A DNA stretch of 64,000 bases, taken from NCBI GenBank assembly GCA_963675755.2, contig CAXXMD010000002.1:1-64000 (forward strand). The letters are read 5' to 3'. Shown one piece after another: positions 20,005 to 30,171 of this stretch. Position 1 is the first letter of the stretch, and the number at the start of each line of letters is the position of its first letter. This DNA is from a bacterium. GTDB taxonomy: Bacteria; Zhuqueibacterota; Zhuqueibacteria; Residuimicrobiales; Krinioviventaceae. The notes under the pieces are model-generated. The model searched no databases and was not told where the DNA came from. It saw only the letters and a program-made list of their open reading frames with translations. The position numbers were made by a program, and so were the translations under genes.

Positions 20005-21372
20005 ATGAACAAGGGTTTTAAAATATCAGTTCTTGTATTAATAATAATCATGTTTTTTTCAGTTTTGGGGTGTCAAAAAGCACAACCGCCAAAAGATTAT
20101 CTTCATGAAAGCAAGGCTGAATTTGATGCTCGCATGCAGTGGTGGAAAGAAGCCCGTTTTGGTATGTTCATCCATTGGGGATTATATGCTATTCCGGCGG
20201 GTACATACAATGGCGAACAAATAGGTGGGCTAGGTGAATGGATTCAGAATAGTGCAAGTATCCCTGCGCAAGAGTATGAAAAATACGCACCCCAGTTTAA
20301 TCCTGTCAATTATGATGCAAATGAATGGGTCCGTATGGCCAAAGAAGCTGGCATGAAATATATTGTTATTACATCTAAACATCATGATGGATTTTGTTTA
20401 TGGGATTCTAAATTGACTGAATGGGATGTAATGGATGCAACTCCTTTTAAACGTGATATTTTAAAAGAATTGAAACAGGCTTGCGATGCACAGGGTATTA
20501 AATTGTGTTTTTATCATTCAATCATGGATTGGCACCATCCAGATGCACAGGCACCTTTTTATCCGGATTTCAATGATACCAAAAAGACCAATCCCAATTT
20601 CCCCAGTTATGTTGAAAATTACATGAAACCCCAATTAAAAGAATTGGTGGATAATTATGGCAAGTTAGGAATTATGTGGTTTGATGGTGAATGGGTAGGA
20701 GATTATACTTCTCCAATGGGTAAAGACGTTTATAATTTTGTTAGAAATTTACAACCCGATATTATTGTGAATAATCGGGTTGATAAAGGCCGTCAGGGTA
20801 TGAAAGGCCAGAATAAAGAAGGTGATTTTGCCGGTGATTATGGCACACCAGAACAGGAAATACCGGATACCGGTTTACCAGGTGTTGAATGGGAAAGCTG
20901 CATGACCATGAACGATACCTGGGGATTCAAATCCTTTGATCATAATTGGAAATCAACGGAAATTTTGGTCCGCAATTTAATTGATATTGCTTCAAAAGGT
21001 GGTAACTATTTGTTAAACATTGGTCCCAAAGCCGATGGTACTTTTCCTGAAGCCAGTATTCAAAGACTTGCAGAAATTGGTGAGTGGATGGATGTTTATG
21101 GAGAATCCATATATGGCACCATGGCAAGTCCTGTAGAAAAGCCTGAATGGGGCAGATTTACCCAAAAAGAAGGTAAACTGTATGCACATGTTTTTGAATG
21201 GCCCAAATCTAGGAAACTGGTTGTTCCTGTAAAAAGTAATGTTTCCAAAATATATGAACTTTCAACTCCCGAAACTGCGTTGAATTTTAAAGTTTCAGGT
21301 GGCGAGTGTGTAATCAATTTACCCCGTAAAGCGCTTAATAAAATTGCATCAGTAATTGTTGTTGAATATTAA
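20005..21372 (+). CDS. Alpha-L-fucosidase (GH29), lipoprotein
   Basis: ARFGMFIHWG, TSKHHDGF, MWFDGEW, VNNR, WESCMT, LLNIGP; lipobox LGC. Confidence 0.95.
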   Translation: MNKGFKISVLVLIIIMFFSVLGCQKAQPPKDYLHESKAEFDARMQWWKEARFGMFIHWGLYAIPAGTYNGEQIGGLGEWIQNSASIPAQEYEKYAPQFNPVNYDANEWVRMAKEAGMKYIVITSKHHDGFCLWDSKLTEWDVMDATPFKRDILKELKQACDAQGIKLCFYHSIMDWHHPDAQAPFYPDFNDTKKTNPNFPSYVENYMKPQLKELVDNYGKLGIMWFDGEWVGDYTSPMGKDVYNFVRNLQPDIIVNNRVDKGRQGMKGQNKEGDFAGDYGTPEQEIPDTGLPGVEWESCMTMNDTWGFKSFDHNWKSTEILVRNLIDIASKGGNYLLNIGPKADGTFPEASIQRLAEIGEWMDVYGESIYGTMASPVEKPEWGRFTQKEGKLYAHVFEWPKSRKLVVPVKSNVSKIYELSTPETALNFKVSGGECVINLPRKALNKIASVIVVEY

Positions 21373-21376
21373 TTCT

Positions 21377-21407
21377 AGATGCGGTATAATTACCGCATCT
21401 TTTTTTT
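21377..21407 (+). terminator. Intrinsic terminator
   Basis: AGATGCGGTA-N4-TACCGCATCT followed by a T-run. Confidence 0.75.
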
Positions 21408-21421
21408 ATTAGAGAAGTCTT

Positions 21422-21865
21422 ATGAAAAAAGTTTATTTTTTAATAGTGATTGCATTTATTGCAGGTGTTGTTATGAGTAATAGTATGAAACCCAAGGCAG
21501 CTGTTGCAAAAGATGAGTCTGTATTGCCTGAATATACAATTGCGAATTGTGTTTCTCAATTTTCCAAAGATAAAGCAGTGACCACTGATAAAGGCTTTTA
21601 CTACTGGTTTGTTGACAAAAAGTTTACCGGTAACCTGAATGTTAAAATGTCAGAGGTTGGTGCCAATTCGGCTAATCATCCTCCTCATGTACATAATGAG
21701 GCCGAGGTTTTTTATATTCTGGAAGGTACAGCAAAATTTTATTTAAATGGCGAGTCAACAACAGCTGGTCCTAACAGTACTTTTTATTGTCCACCAGATG
21801 TACCACACGGAATCAGCAATGCAGGTGACGGAACCTTGAGATATCTTGTTATAAAGAATAATTGA
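21422..21865 (+). CDS. Secreted cupin-domain protein
   Basis: HPPHVHNEAEVFYILEG...PHGISN cupin motifs; signal peptide. Confidence 0.85.
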   Translation: MKKVYFLIVIAFIAGVVMSNSMKPKAAVAKDESVLPEYTIANCVSQFSKDKAVTTDKGFYYWFVDKKFTGNLNVKMSEVGANSANHPPHVHNEAEVFYILEGTAKFYLNGESTTAGPNSTFYCPPDVPHGISNAGDGTLRYLVIKNN

Positions 21866-21879
21866 TCAAGAGGTTTGTG

Positions 21880-22893
21880 TTGAATGCATATGAACGGTTT
21901 CATAACCGAATGCAGGGTCTTGCTGTAGATCGTGTACCCAATTTCAATATTATGATGGCATTTGCCGCACATTATATTAACAAAAAGTTGTCCAGCTATT
22001 ATTTGGATTTTCGTGTACTCGTTGAAGCAAATTTTGCAGTTGCAAATGACTTTGGAATTGATATCTTGCAGGCTATTTCGGATCCCTATCGGGAGGCCCA
22101 TGATCTGGGGGCAATAATAGAGTTCCCGGATGATAGTCTGCCTGTTTCGCGAGTACCGTTGCTTTTAGATAAAACTGATTTGAAAAAATTGAGAATTGTC
22201 AAACCTGAAAACGGTAAACGCATGCATGATCGTTTACAGGCAATTCGCCTTTTTCGAGAAAAAGCAGGTGGAGAATTTCCAATATTGGGATGGGTAGAAG
22301 GGGCATTGGCTGAGGCAGCGGATTTGAGAGGGTTAAACCAGCTCATGATGGATTTGTATGAAGATCCCGATTGGGTATTGGAACTGCTTGCATTTTGTTC
22401 GGAACAGGCTAAAATTTTTGCCAAAGCTCAGGTTGAGGCCGGAGCAGATATTGTTGGTTTGGGAGATGCTGCAGCATCACAAATTTCACCGGATATGTAT
22501 CGTCAGTTTGCACTACCTTATGAACAGCAGATTTTTGATACGATAAAAAAATCCGGTGCAATACCAAGATTACATATTTGCGGAAATACAACACAAATTC
22601 TACCCGATATGCAAAACAGTGGAGCAGATATAATTGATTTAGACTGGATGGTAAGCTTGAGAGATGCGTTCAGCATTTATGGCAAACATCCAATTGTTTG
22701 CGGTAATATTGATCCGGTTGCGGTATTGTTAAATGGTTCTGTTGATCTGGTAAAACAGGAAACGAGAAATAGCTTGCAAATGGGTGGAGATTATTGTATA
22801 CATATGGCAGGTTGTGAAGTGCCAGATCATACTCCTTTTGAGAATTTATATGCTCAGGCAGAGATATTAAGTTTAATGGAAAATGTTAATTAA
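21880..22893 (+). CDS. UroD/MtaA/CmuA-family methyltransferase
   Basis: DRVP, SDPYREA, GDAAAS.ISP, LHICG, GNIDP, GCEVP; TTG start with GAGG RBS. Confidence 0.85.
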   Translation: MNAYERFHNRMQGLAVDRVPNFNIMMAFAAHYINKKLSSYYLDFRVLVEANFAVANDFGIDILQAISDPYREAHDLGAIIEFPDDSLPVSRVPLLLDKTDLKKLRIVKPENGKRMHDRLQAIRLFREKAGGEFPILGWVEGALAEAADLRGLNQLMMDLYEDPDWVLELLAFCSEQAKIFAKAQVEAGADIVGLGDAAASQISPDMYRQFALPYEQQIFDTIKKSGAIPRLHICGNTTQILPDMQNSGADIIDLDWMVSLRDAFSIYGKHPIVCGNIDPVAVLLNGSVDLVKQETRNSLQMGGDYCIHMAGCEVPDHTPFENLYAQAEILSLMENVN

Positions 22894-22907
22894 ATTTGGA
22901 ATTGTAT

Positions 22908-23798
22908 ATGAGTGCAATTAAAGATCTATTACAAAAAAAGAAAATTCTTGTTTCTGATGGTGCCTGGGGTACTTTTTTAATAGCAAAGGGTCTTAAACCC
23001 GGAGAATGCCCGGAAGTCTGGAACCTTGAACGTCCTGACGATGTTCAGACAATTCCTGCTGCATATTTTAAAGCAGGAGCTGATATGGTATTAACCAACA
23101 GTTTTGGAGCCAGTCCGTTCAAACTTGAACATTTTGGTTTAGCAGACAAAACTTTCGAAATCAACAAAGCTGCTGCCGAGATATCCAAACGTGCGGCAGG
23201 TGTTGACCAATTGGTTTTGGGTTCTGTGGGACCAACCGGTGTAATTTTGATGATGGGACAGGTTAGTCCTGATGAACTTTATGATGGATTTGCAAAGCAG
23301 GTGACGGGACTTGCCGCTGGCGGTGTAGATGCAATCTGTATTGAAACCATGTCTGCACTGGATGAAGCGGAACATGCATTAAAAGCAGTTAGAGAAAACA
23401 CCGATCTTGAAGTTGTTACAACGTTTACTTTTGAAGAAACAGTTGATGGTGATTTCAGGACTATGATGGGTGTTGCACCTGAAGATATGATTGGTGCTTT
23501 ATCTGCTTATAACATTGATGTAATTGGCACAAATTGTGGAAATGGAATGAAGCAGATGTTGGGAATAGTTGAGAGAATAAAAAAGGCTGCTCCAGATACT
23601 CCAATACTTGTTCATGCAAATGCAGGTAAACCGGTGATAGACGATGCAGGTAAAACCGTTTTTCCTGAATCTCCTCAGGAAATGGCTGGCCTGGTAACCC
23701 CAATTTTAAAAGCTGGTGCGTCTATTGTAGGTGGGTGTTGTGGTACTACTCCAGAGCATATTAATCAAATACGTAAAGTTGTGGAACAATATAAATGA
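22908..23798 (+). CDS. Homocysteine S-methyltransferase domain (stand-alone MetH N-domain)
   Basis: SDGAWGT, TNSFG, IETM, GTNCG, GGCCGTTPEHI (Zn ligands). Confidence 0.9.
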   Translation: MSAIKDLLQKKKILVSDGAWGTFLIAKGLKPGECPEVWNLERPDDVQTIPAAYFKAGADMVLTNSFGASPFKLEHFGLADKTFEINKAAAEISKRAAGVDQLVLGSVGPTGVILMMGQVSPDELYDGFAKQVTGLAAGGVDAICIETMSALDEAEHALKAVRENTDLEVVTTFTFEETVDGDFRTMMGVAPEDMIGALSAYNIDVIGTNCGNGMKQMLGIVERIKKAAPDTPILVHANAGKPVIDDAGKTVFPESPQEMAGLVTPILKAGASIVGGCCGTTPEHINQIRKVVEQYK

Positions 23799-24502
23799 AC
23801 GATTCTATCTTTAATGATGATATTTTATCTTTATCCATTTCAACCGACGAAATTTTAGTTGATCCTGAAAAAATTGAAACCTATCTGGGGTATCCCAAAG
23901 ATCAGACACCTGATTTCATAAAGGAAAGTATTTCAGATATCATTAAATCATCCCGAGATTATATACAAATAACCGCGGGATATACAATTCGACCCGTTGT
24001 CAGGGGAGAAGACAAATCTTTTCTCACTATTGGAGATAAAGAGTTTAATACAGGAAAAATTATATCCGCTCAGATGAACAGAGCCGAGTATGCGGCTTTA
24101 TTCTTGTGTACCATTGGTCCTGATCTGGAAAACTGGGTAAAGAAACTGAGTGAAGATGGTGAGATAATGTCCAGCTTTATTGCAGATCATGTTGCTTCTG
24201 AATCTGTAGAAAAAGCTGTTGATGTTTTAAATGATAAATTGAAAATTAATTTGGAATCAAAAGGCTTTGGAGCTACATATCCTTTTAGTCCGGGGTATTG
24301 TGGATGGCATGTTTCTGAACAACCCATGTTGTTCTCATTTTTCCCTGAAAATCCATTCGGTATAAAGTTGAGTGATTCACATTTAATGATCCCTATGAAA
24401 TCTGTTAGTGGCATTATTGGCATTGGACGTGAAGCCAAACAACGCGTTTATCCTTGTAAAATTTGTACATTCAAAGAATGTTATAAAAATCAACAAAAGT
24501 AA
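23795..24502 (+). CDS. B12-dependent methionine synthase reactivation domain (stand-alone)
   Basis: FLCTIG, FSPGYCGW, LMIPMKSVSGIIG, C-terminal CxxC...C. Confidence 0.85.
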   Translation: MNDSIFNDDILSLSISTDEILVDPEKIETYLGYPKDQTPDFIKESISDIIKSSRDYIQITAGYTIRPVVRGEDKSFLTIGDKEFNTGKIISAQMNRAEYAALFLCTIGPDLENWVKKLSEDGEIMSSFIADHVASESVEKAVDVLNDKLKINLESKGFGATYPFSPGYCGWHVSEQPMLFSFFPENPFGIKLSDSHLMIPMKSVSGIIGIGREAKQRVYPCKICTFKECYKNQQK

Positions 24503-24551
24503 TTAATAAAATTTTTTCCTTGCTATTTTTCTTAATTTTTACTTAATTGAA

Positions 24552-24567
24552 TCGAACGTTCGTTCGA
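24552..24567. promoter_or_regulatory. TetR-type operator palindrome
   Basis: TCGAACG-TT-CGTTCGA, 23 nt upstream of the TetR start. Confidence 0.7.
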
Positions 24568-24590
24568 ATTTATTCAGGGTTTACATTTTC

Positions 24591-25232
24591 ATGGACAATA
24601 GTGATTTACGTGAAAAAATATTGACTACTGCCATACGGTTGTTTGCACAACAAGGTTATAATGCAACGGGTGTACGTCAGATTACCAAAGAGGCAGATAC
24701 TACTGTTTCCATGGTTAGCTATTATTTTGGATCAAAAGAAGGTATTCTTAAAGAAATTATTGATGATTATTATAGAAAAATTCAACCTTTTGTTGATACT
24801 GCATTTCAGGATACAACCAGTCATGAAACCATGATAAGAAATTTTGTTAATAACTATTTAAAAATAATCAAAGATTATCCTGATCAGGTACGTATTGTAA
24901 ACCATGAACTTGCTTTTGGGAACAGTAAAGTCGAAAATCTTCGCACAGAACATGTTAAAAAGCATCAGGATAAAATTCAAGATTTTATGCAAACTGAATC
25001 TCAAGTTTCTGAAAATATAGAATATGATATGACCATCATTTGGAGTGCACTAATGGGGATGGTTATTTACCCGGTAATGCTGAAACCTATTTATAGTAAA
25101 ATATTTTTAGAAACGGATCAGGAATTCATGAATCGGTTTGTAGATATAATCACCACAATGGCATTGAATGGTATGCAGCCATTATTAGAAAAAATGATAT
25201 CAATGCATGATGTAATGCATTCACATTCATAA
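24591..25232 (+). CDS. TetR/AcrR family regulator
   Basis: LFAQQGYNATGVRQIT...VSYYFGSKEG helix-turn-helix. Confidence 0.92.
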   Translation: MDNSDLREKILTTAIRLFAQQGYNATGVRQITKEADTTVSMVSYYFGSKEGILKEIIDDYYRKIQPFVDTAFQDTTSHETMIRNFVNNYLKIIKDYPDQVRIVNHELAFGNSKVENLRTEHVKKHQDKIQDFMQTESQVSENIEYDMTIIWSALMGMVIYPVMLKPIYSKIFLETDQEFMNRFVDIITTMALNGMQPLLEKMISMHDVMHSHS

Positions 25233-25285
25233 AAAACACCACGTCCCATGGTGTCTTACAGGCCGGTTGAAAAAAATATTTTTTT

Positions 25286-26080
25286 TTAGCCGGCTCTTTT
25301 ATTTTGGGGATGCAATGTTAGCCAGAATCTCAGGTTTTTATCTCCTGGAGTGGCAATGTCATCAAACATTGCAAACCAGCCATTATTTTCACCGTCCCAG
25401 CCAAAATTTAAATGTACCATAAAAGTATCATTTTTAAACCGATACCCATCAATAACAACCGAGTGACCACTTCCTTTTACATCCATGTTTCTATAATAGA
25501 AAAATACAGGATTACCCAATTCAAGCTCGTGTATAACAAGATTTCTGATTTTACGTTTCCCCTGTAAAAATCCTTTATACATCAAGTAGAGTTGTGCTTT
25601 AACAGGTAAATGTTTTTCAATTATTTTTTTGGAAGGCATCATGGTCATGTATCGCCCTGTTCCAAAATCTTTTTGAACAACCAGTGCCGACGCATAACAA
25701 TATTCGGCAATTTGTAATGCAATACTGTCCGGAGTATCATTTGTAATTTGATCGGCAAAGTTGTTCCAACTGATAGTAAAATCCGATAAATTTTCCTCTA
25801 TTTCATATCCTTTTGAACATGTGTATTTTACTCTGCCTTCTGGAATCAATTTATGATAATACATAATCTGTGCAAGAGTTGTTGACCAGCATCCCATTGT
25901 ATTGCTTTCAGGTTCTGGTGTAAATGCAGCATAGGGACCGCTTCCCGCCCAGTTTGTGGATAGTAAAACCGTATTTTCTCTGTTATTAGGAGTGGGGGAA
26001 TAAAAGGGTAAGTTGGAGTACAAGGTATAAATTAATGCTATTGTGATTAATACAATTAAAAAGATTTTGATAATTTTCAT
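25286..26080 (-). CDS. C10 (streptopain-like) cysteine peptidase domain, membrane-anchored
   Basis: GCWSTTLAQIMYYH, GHSVVIDGY, HLNFGW. Confidence 0.8.
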   Translation of the reverse strand: MKIIKIFLIVLITIALIYTLYSNLPFYSPTPNNRENTVLLSTNWAGSGPYAAFTPEPESNTMGCWSTTLAQIMYYHKLIPEGRVKYTCSKGYEIEENLSDFTISWNNFADQITNDTPDSIALQIAEYCYASALVVQKDFGTGRYMTMMPSKKIIEKHLPVKAQLYLMYKGFLQGKRKIRNLVIHELELGNPVFFYYRNMDVKGSGHSVVIDGYRFKNDTFMVHLNFGWDGENNGWFAMFDDIATPGDKNLRFWLTLHPQNKRAG

Positions 26081-26195
26081 GATTGCCCCGTAATATAATT
26101 TGGTTTGTTTTTATACATACGGAACATTATTAAATCTGTTACAAAAAAATACCCGCTTTTAATAAATAAAAGCGGGTTGATAGATTTTTTTTATA

Positions 26196-27353
26196 TTATT
26201 GAATTTCCAAATAATCCTTGTCAGGCAGTTCAGGGAATTTTGCATGAGGTTCCTGTTGATACCAGAAAGCAACCGAAGCAATATCATCTTGAAGAGGTAA
26301 ATATCTGCCACCGCTTCTCCAACCAAGAGCCTGCATAGTAACTTTGAGGTCTTTATCAAAACGAACAGGATCAGTAATATGCCAGCGATATAAACCAAAC
26401 CGGGTTTGTGATTTACGCAAGGGTTCTTCGTCTGGTTTTACAACATAAAATCCAGCATATGGAGTTGTGTATTCCCGGTATTCTTTGACGCCATCTTCAC
26501 GACGTGCTTCAAAACCATATGAACCACAGAAATAATCTTCTGTACCGGTTCCGCAAATGGTTGGGAATTTTTTATCACCATCCATAAAAAATTTAATTTC
26601 ACCTTCACCCCACCAACTGTTGTTATTAGAACCCCAGGCCATATATGTACCTACATAATGGCCTTTACCTTTCACACCATCCAGAATAGTATAAACCTCT
26701 TTGTAAGGAACCGGATTCGTTCTACGGAATTGTGCGTGAAAGTATGCAGCATCATCAGATATTTCTGTCAAAGTATAATTGATTTGAAAATACAATGTCA
26801 TTCTTTTTTCATCCAGATTTGTCATCGTAATTTTACATTTTTTACGAAATGGCATAATCCAATAAGAGTTAAATGCACTGCCAGGATTCACACATATCGG
26901 AGTAGAGGAGATATGTTTATATGTTTTCCACCCTTGACAAAAGAAATCACCTACCGGTACTTCAACAGAGGGTTCAGTTTCATCATCATAATAAATACGG
27001 ATAATTGAATAACGCCAATCACCTGTTGGTGTCATCCATATTTGCTGAATTGCGCCGGGGCCTTCAATATCAGCCAGTGTAAAGGTTTGTTTAGATTCAA
27101 TATGAATATAGGGATTTACTTTCCATCCTTGTCCCAAATCTCTTGCAGCTTTTGCGGCTGTACCTTCTTCCAGGGTAGCCATGCCGCCTTTACCTTTTTC
27201 TCCTGTTAAATTTTCAGGACTTATGGAGCGGGTTTTGGCATTAGATAATAATGTCAGATCTCCCAAATTAGAAGATAATCCATTGAATGATTGGGCCTGT
27301 ACAAACCCAATAGTAATAACAAACAATAACAATACTGCAATTTTAACTCTCAT
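26196..27353 (-). CDS. GH172 (DUF2961) glycoside hydrolase
   Basis: TRSISPENLTGEKGKGG, WWGEGEIKFFMDGD, GTGTEDYF, YRWHITDP. Confidence 0.9.
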   Translation of the reverse strand: MRVKIAVLLLFVITIGFVQAQSFNGLSSNLGDLTLLSNAKTRSISPENLTGEKGKGGMATLEEGTAAKAARDLGQGWKVNPYIHIESKQTFTLADIEGPGAIQQIWMTPTGDWRYSIIRIYYDDETEPSVEVPVGDFFCQGWKTYKHISSTPICVNPGSAFNSYWIMPFRKKCKITMTNLDEKRMTLYFQINYTLTEISDDAAYFHAQFRRTNPVPYKEVYTILDGVKGKGHYVGTYMAWGSNNNSWWGEGEIKFFMDGDKKFPTICGTGTEDYFCGSYGFEARREDGVKEYREYTTPYAGFYVVKPDEEPLRKSQTRFGLYRWHITDPVRFDKDLKVTMQALGWRSGGRYLPLQDDIASVAFWYQQEPHAKFPELPDKDYLEIQ

Positions 27354-27383
27354 AACTTCCTCCGATTTTTTTATTATGATTGA

Positions 27384-28115
27384 TCAAGTCCAGATTGTTT
27401 TTGCTCTGCACAATTCGCTATTGTCGCTAGACCGTTTCAAACTGTGCAGTATTTCTCCGTTTTCTTTATGGCTGTACATGGTGTTTATGGTATCGTTCTG
27501 TAATGCCTCGTTAATAAAATTGATCTCCAATTCCATCAGTTGATGTTTTTTACAAAAATCAGGATCAAGAGCATTTACAATATATTCAATATATTTAACA
27601 TTGTTTACATGTCCATTCACATCCAAATCAGTAAAAGTAACCGGTTGGGAAAAAGAATGATCCAGGTTGTCTATTGGTAAGATTTTACCAGCATAGTCTT
27701 TAAAAGCTTTTTCATGATGTAACGGTCTTTCTGCCAGGTATGAATCCATTCTTTGTGGACGTCTAGACTCAAAGTTAATTACCAGCCAGGTAGTCGTTGC
27801 ACGGCCAATGACCTCTTTATTGCTGTTTTCTATTTTAAAATCACGATAGAAAAACATTCTATCCAAGCCAGATGGCCAGGTATATACTGTAATAGTATCA
27901 CCCCATTTGGGGTATTTTTGTAAAGAAATTTTTTGTCTTGCCAATACCCAAGCCAGATTTTGTTTAACCAGGTGACTGAAACCCAGTTCCAGTTGTTCGG
28001 CATGGTTCCATGCTATTTCTTGTAAATAATTGCTAATTGCTGGTATTGTTGCATTGCTGTTTATATCTGCTTCATAAGAATGTATTTTAAATTCATCTTT
28101 CCATATCAACTTCAT
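27384..28115 (-). CDS. Acyl-ACP thioesterase (FatA/B-like double hotdog)
   Basis: WVLARQ, PKWGD, DLDVNGHVNNVKY. Confidence 0.9.
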   Translation of the reverse strand: MKLIWKDEFKIHSYEADINSNATIPAISNYLQEIAWNHAEQLELGFSHLVKQNLAWVLARQKISLQKYPKWGDTITVYTWPSGLDRMFFYRDFKIENSNKEVIGRATTTWLVINFESRRPQRMDSYLAERPLHHEKAFKDYAGKILPIDNLDHSFSQPVTFTDLDVNGHVNNVKYIEYIVNALDPDFCKKHQLMELEINFINEALQNDTINTMYSHKENGEILHSLKRSSDNSELCRAKTIWT

Positions 28116-28132
28116 ATGATTATCCTGTGTTC

Positions 28133-30052
28133 TTAGTTTTCGTAGGGTATCCAAACTGCCATTTCACCTGCGCCGCGATGCGCCCAGGAGTAATAGGGGA
28201 TTGCTGTTAATAATTGATCTTGTCCATTTTTAGTCTTTGCCGCACCTGATAAAATATGTATGCCTTTTAATAGTTCTGGTCTTGCATTCGAAATAAAATG
28301 TGTATCCTGGGGAATGACAAGGTTTCTTGCTTGATTATTATTGTCTATCCATTCAACACAATAAACCAGGGGACCACGTTGCAGTGCTATTTTGTTTTCA
28401 TTTTCCTTAACTTTGATGTTACTCTCGATTTTTCTCACCGGCATTTGAAGGTAAAGGTCTATGCTGTCACCTTTTTGCCAGGTTCTTGTAATTAATGCAT
28501 ATCCATTTTTAATGGTATAATTGATAAAGCAATTGTTGATGGATATTTCTGGTTTGAGGAGCCTTTGATCAGTAAATGTATATAAATCTCCAGGTACGGG
28601 ACTGTTAATTGCCCAACCGGGGATCCGTAGTGCTAATGTAAACGATTTGTTTTCTTCCGGATCAATTGTATAATTTATTAAACCATTCCAGGGGTAATCT
28701 GATTTTTGCTGGATGGTTAATGAATTGTCTGGTAATTCCAGTTTTGCGGTACTGGCAATAAACAGATTACTGTATATGGTGTCATTTTTGACTGCATACA
28801 TGTAACCTGGCAGCGATGGTAAAAATCTTGCAACATTTACCGGACAGCAGGCACAGTCAAACCATGGGCTTCTTTTGTGATATCCATCAGATTCCAAGGG
28901 ATTGGGATAAAAGAATTCATTCCCATCCAAAGAAACGCCCGATAAAAATCCGTTATATAAAGTCCGTTCAAACACATCTATATATTTAGCATCGCCATGC
29001 AGTAAAAACATACGATAGTTCCAAAGCATGTTGGCAATTGCTGCACATGTTTCGTTATATGCTGAAAGATTTGGGAGTTCATAATCTTCACCAAATGATT
29101 CTCCGCTATAACGTGAACCAATTCCACCGGTGATATAAAGTTTGGTATATACTGTGTTTTGCCAGATCTTGTTCAAAGCGTGAATATATTCAGGATCTCC
29201 AGTCAAGGCTGCTGCGTCGGCCATACCTGAGTACATATATGCTGCACGCACGGCATGCCCTGTTGGGCGGTCTTGTTCTATAACGGGGATATGGTCCTGG
29301 CAATATTCTCCATATAGTTCATGGTTTTCACTTTGCCCACGTTGATCTAGAAAGAATTTGGCTAGATCCAGGTAATCATTATTGCCGGTTATTCTGTAAA
29401 GTTTAAACAGTCCTATTTCAATTTCCTGATGACCGGGTACATCATAACGTTTACCGGGGCCAAATACAGAACAAATCAAATCTGCGTTTTTAATTGCTAC
29501 ATTGAGTAAAGTTTTTTTACCGGTTGCCTGATAATGAGCAACAGCGGCTTCGTACATATGACCTACATTATATAGTTCGTGACTATGAACAAGATACGAC
29601 CATCTAACGTCTCCGGCTTCTCTTGCCGGTTTGTTTGGATTTATTGTACGGGTGGTATAAAGATATCCATCATCCTCTTGTGCTGCTGCAATCTTGACAA
29701 TTAGATTGTCAAGATATTGATCAAGTTCAGGATCAGGATGTGAAGCCAGAGAATATGATGCGCCTTCTATAACTTTGAATACATCAGAGTCATTAAATCG
29801 AATGCCTTCAAATTCACCATCTAAAAGTTTACCTGCTTTGCTGAAATTATCAATTCTGCCTGTTTCCTCACATTTTTTAAAATCATATGGAATAGTAACC
29901 ATACGATTGGTTTCCAGGCGGGGACTCCAAAAGTTGTCAGTCAATTGGACTCGAAAGAATTCCACAGGTTGAATTGGATAATCTAATTTCAGAGAGTGAG
30001 AACAGTTTAATGTTACTAAAAATACTATTCCAAACCTGAAAATTTTATACAT
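28133..30052 (-). CDS. GH127 beta-L-arabinofuranosidase-family protein
   Basis: FNDSDVFK, HELYNVGH, GHQEIE, GHAVRA, YNETCAAI, CACCP, IPYYSW. Confidence 0.93.
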   Translation of the reverse strand: MYKIFRFGIVFLVTLNCSHSLKLDYPIQPVEFFRVQLTDNFWSPRLETNRMVTIPYDFKKCEETGRIDNFSKAGKLLDGEFEGIRFNDSDVFKVIEGASYSLASHPDPELDQYLDNLIVKIAAAQEDDGYLYTTRTINPNKPAREAGDVRWSYLVHSHELYNVGHMYEAAVAHYQATGKKTLLNVAIKNADLICSVFGPGKRYDVPGHQEIEIGLFKLYRITGNNDYLDLAKFFLDQRGQSENHELYGEYCQDHIPVIEQDRPTGHAVRAAYMYSGMADAAALTGDPEYIHALNKIWQNTVYTKLYITGGIGSRYSGESFGEDYELPNLSAYNETCAAIANMLWNYRMFLLHGDAKYIDVFERTLYNGFLSGVSLDGNEFFYPNPLESDGYHKRSPWFDCACCPVNVARFLPSLPGYMYAVKNDTIYSNLFIASTAKLELPDNSLTIQQKSDYPWNGLINYTIDPEENKSFTLALRIPGWAINSPVPGDLYTFTDQRLLKPEISINNCFINYTIKNGYALITRTWQKGDSIDLYLQMPVRKIESNIKVKENENKIALQRGPLVYCVEWIDNNNQARNLVIPQDTHFISNARPELLKGIHILSGAAKTKNGQDQLLTAIPYYSWAHRGAGEMAVWIPYEN

Positions 30053-30171
30053 TAAAAATCTCCTGTCAATCTGTGGTTAAAATATACAATATTGCATGTC
30101 ATTGCGCAAGATTTTATATCTGAATATAAATACGAATGGCCCAATTGTTATAGGGCCATTCGTATTGTTAA

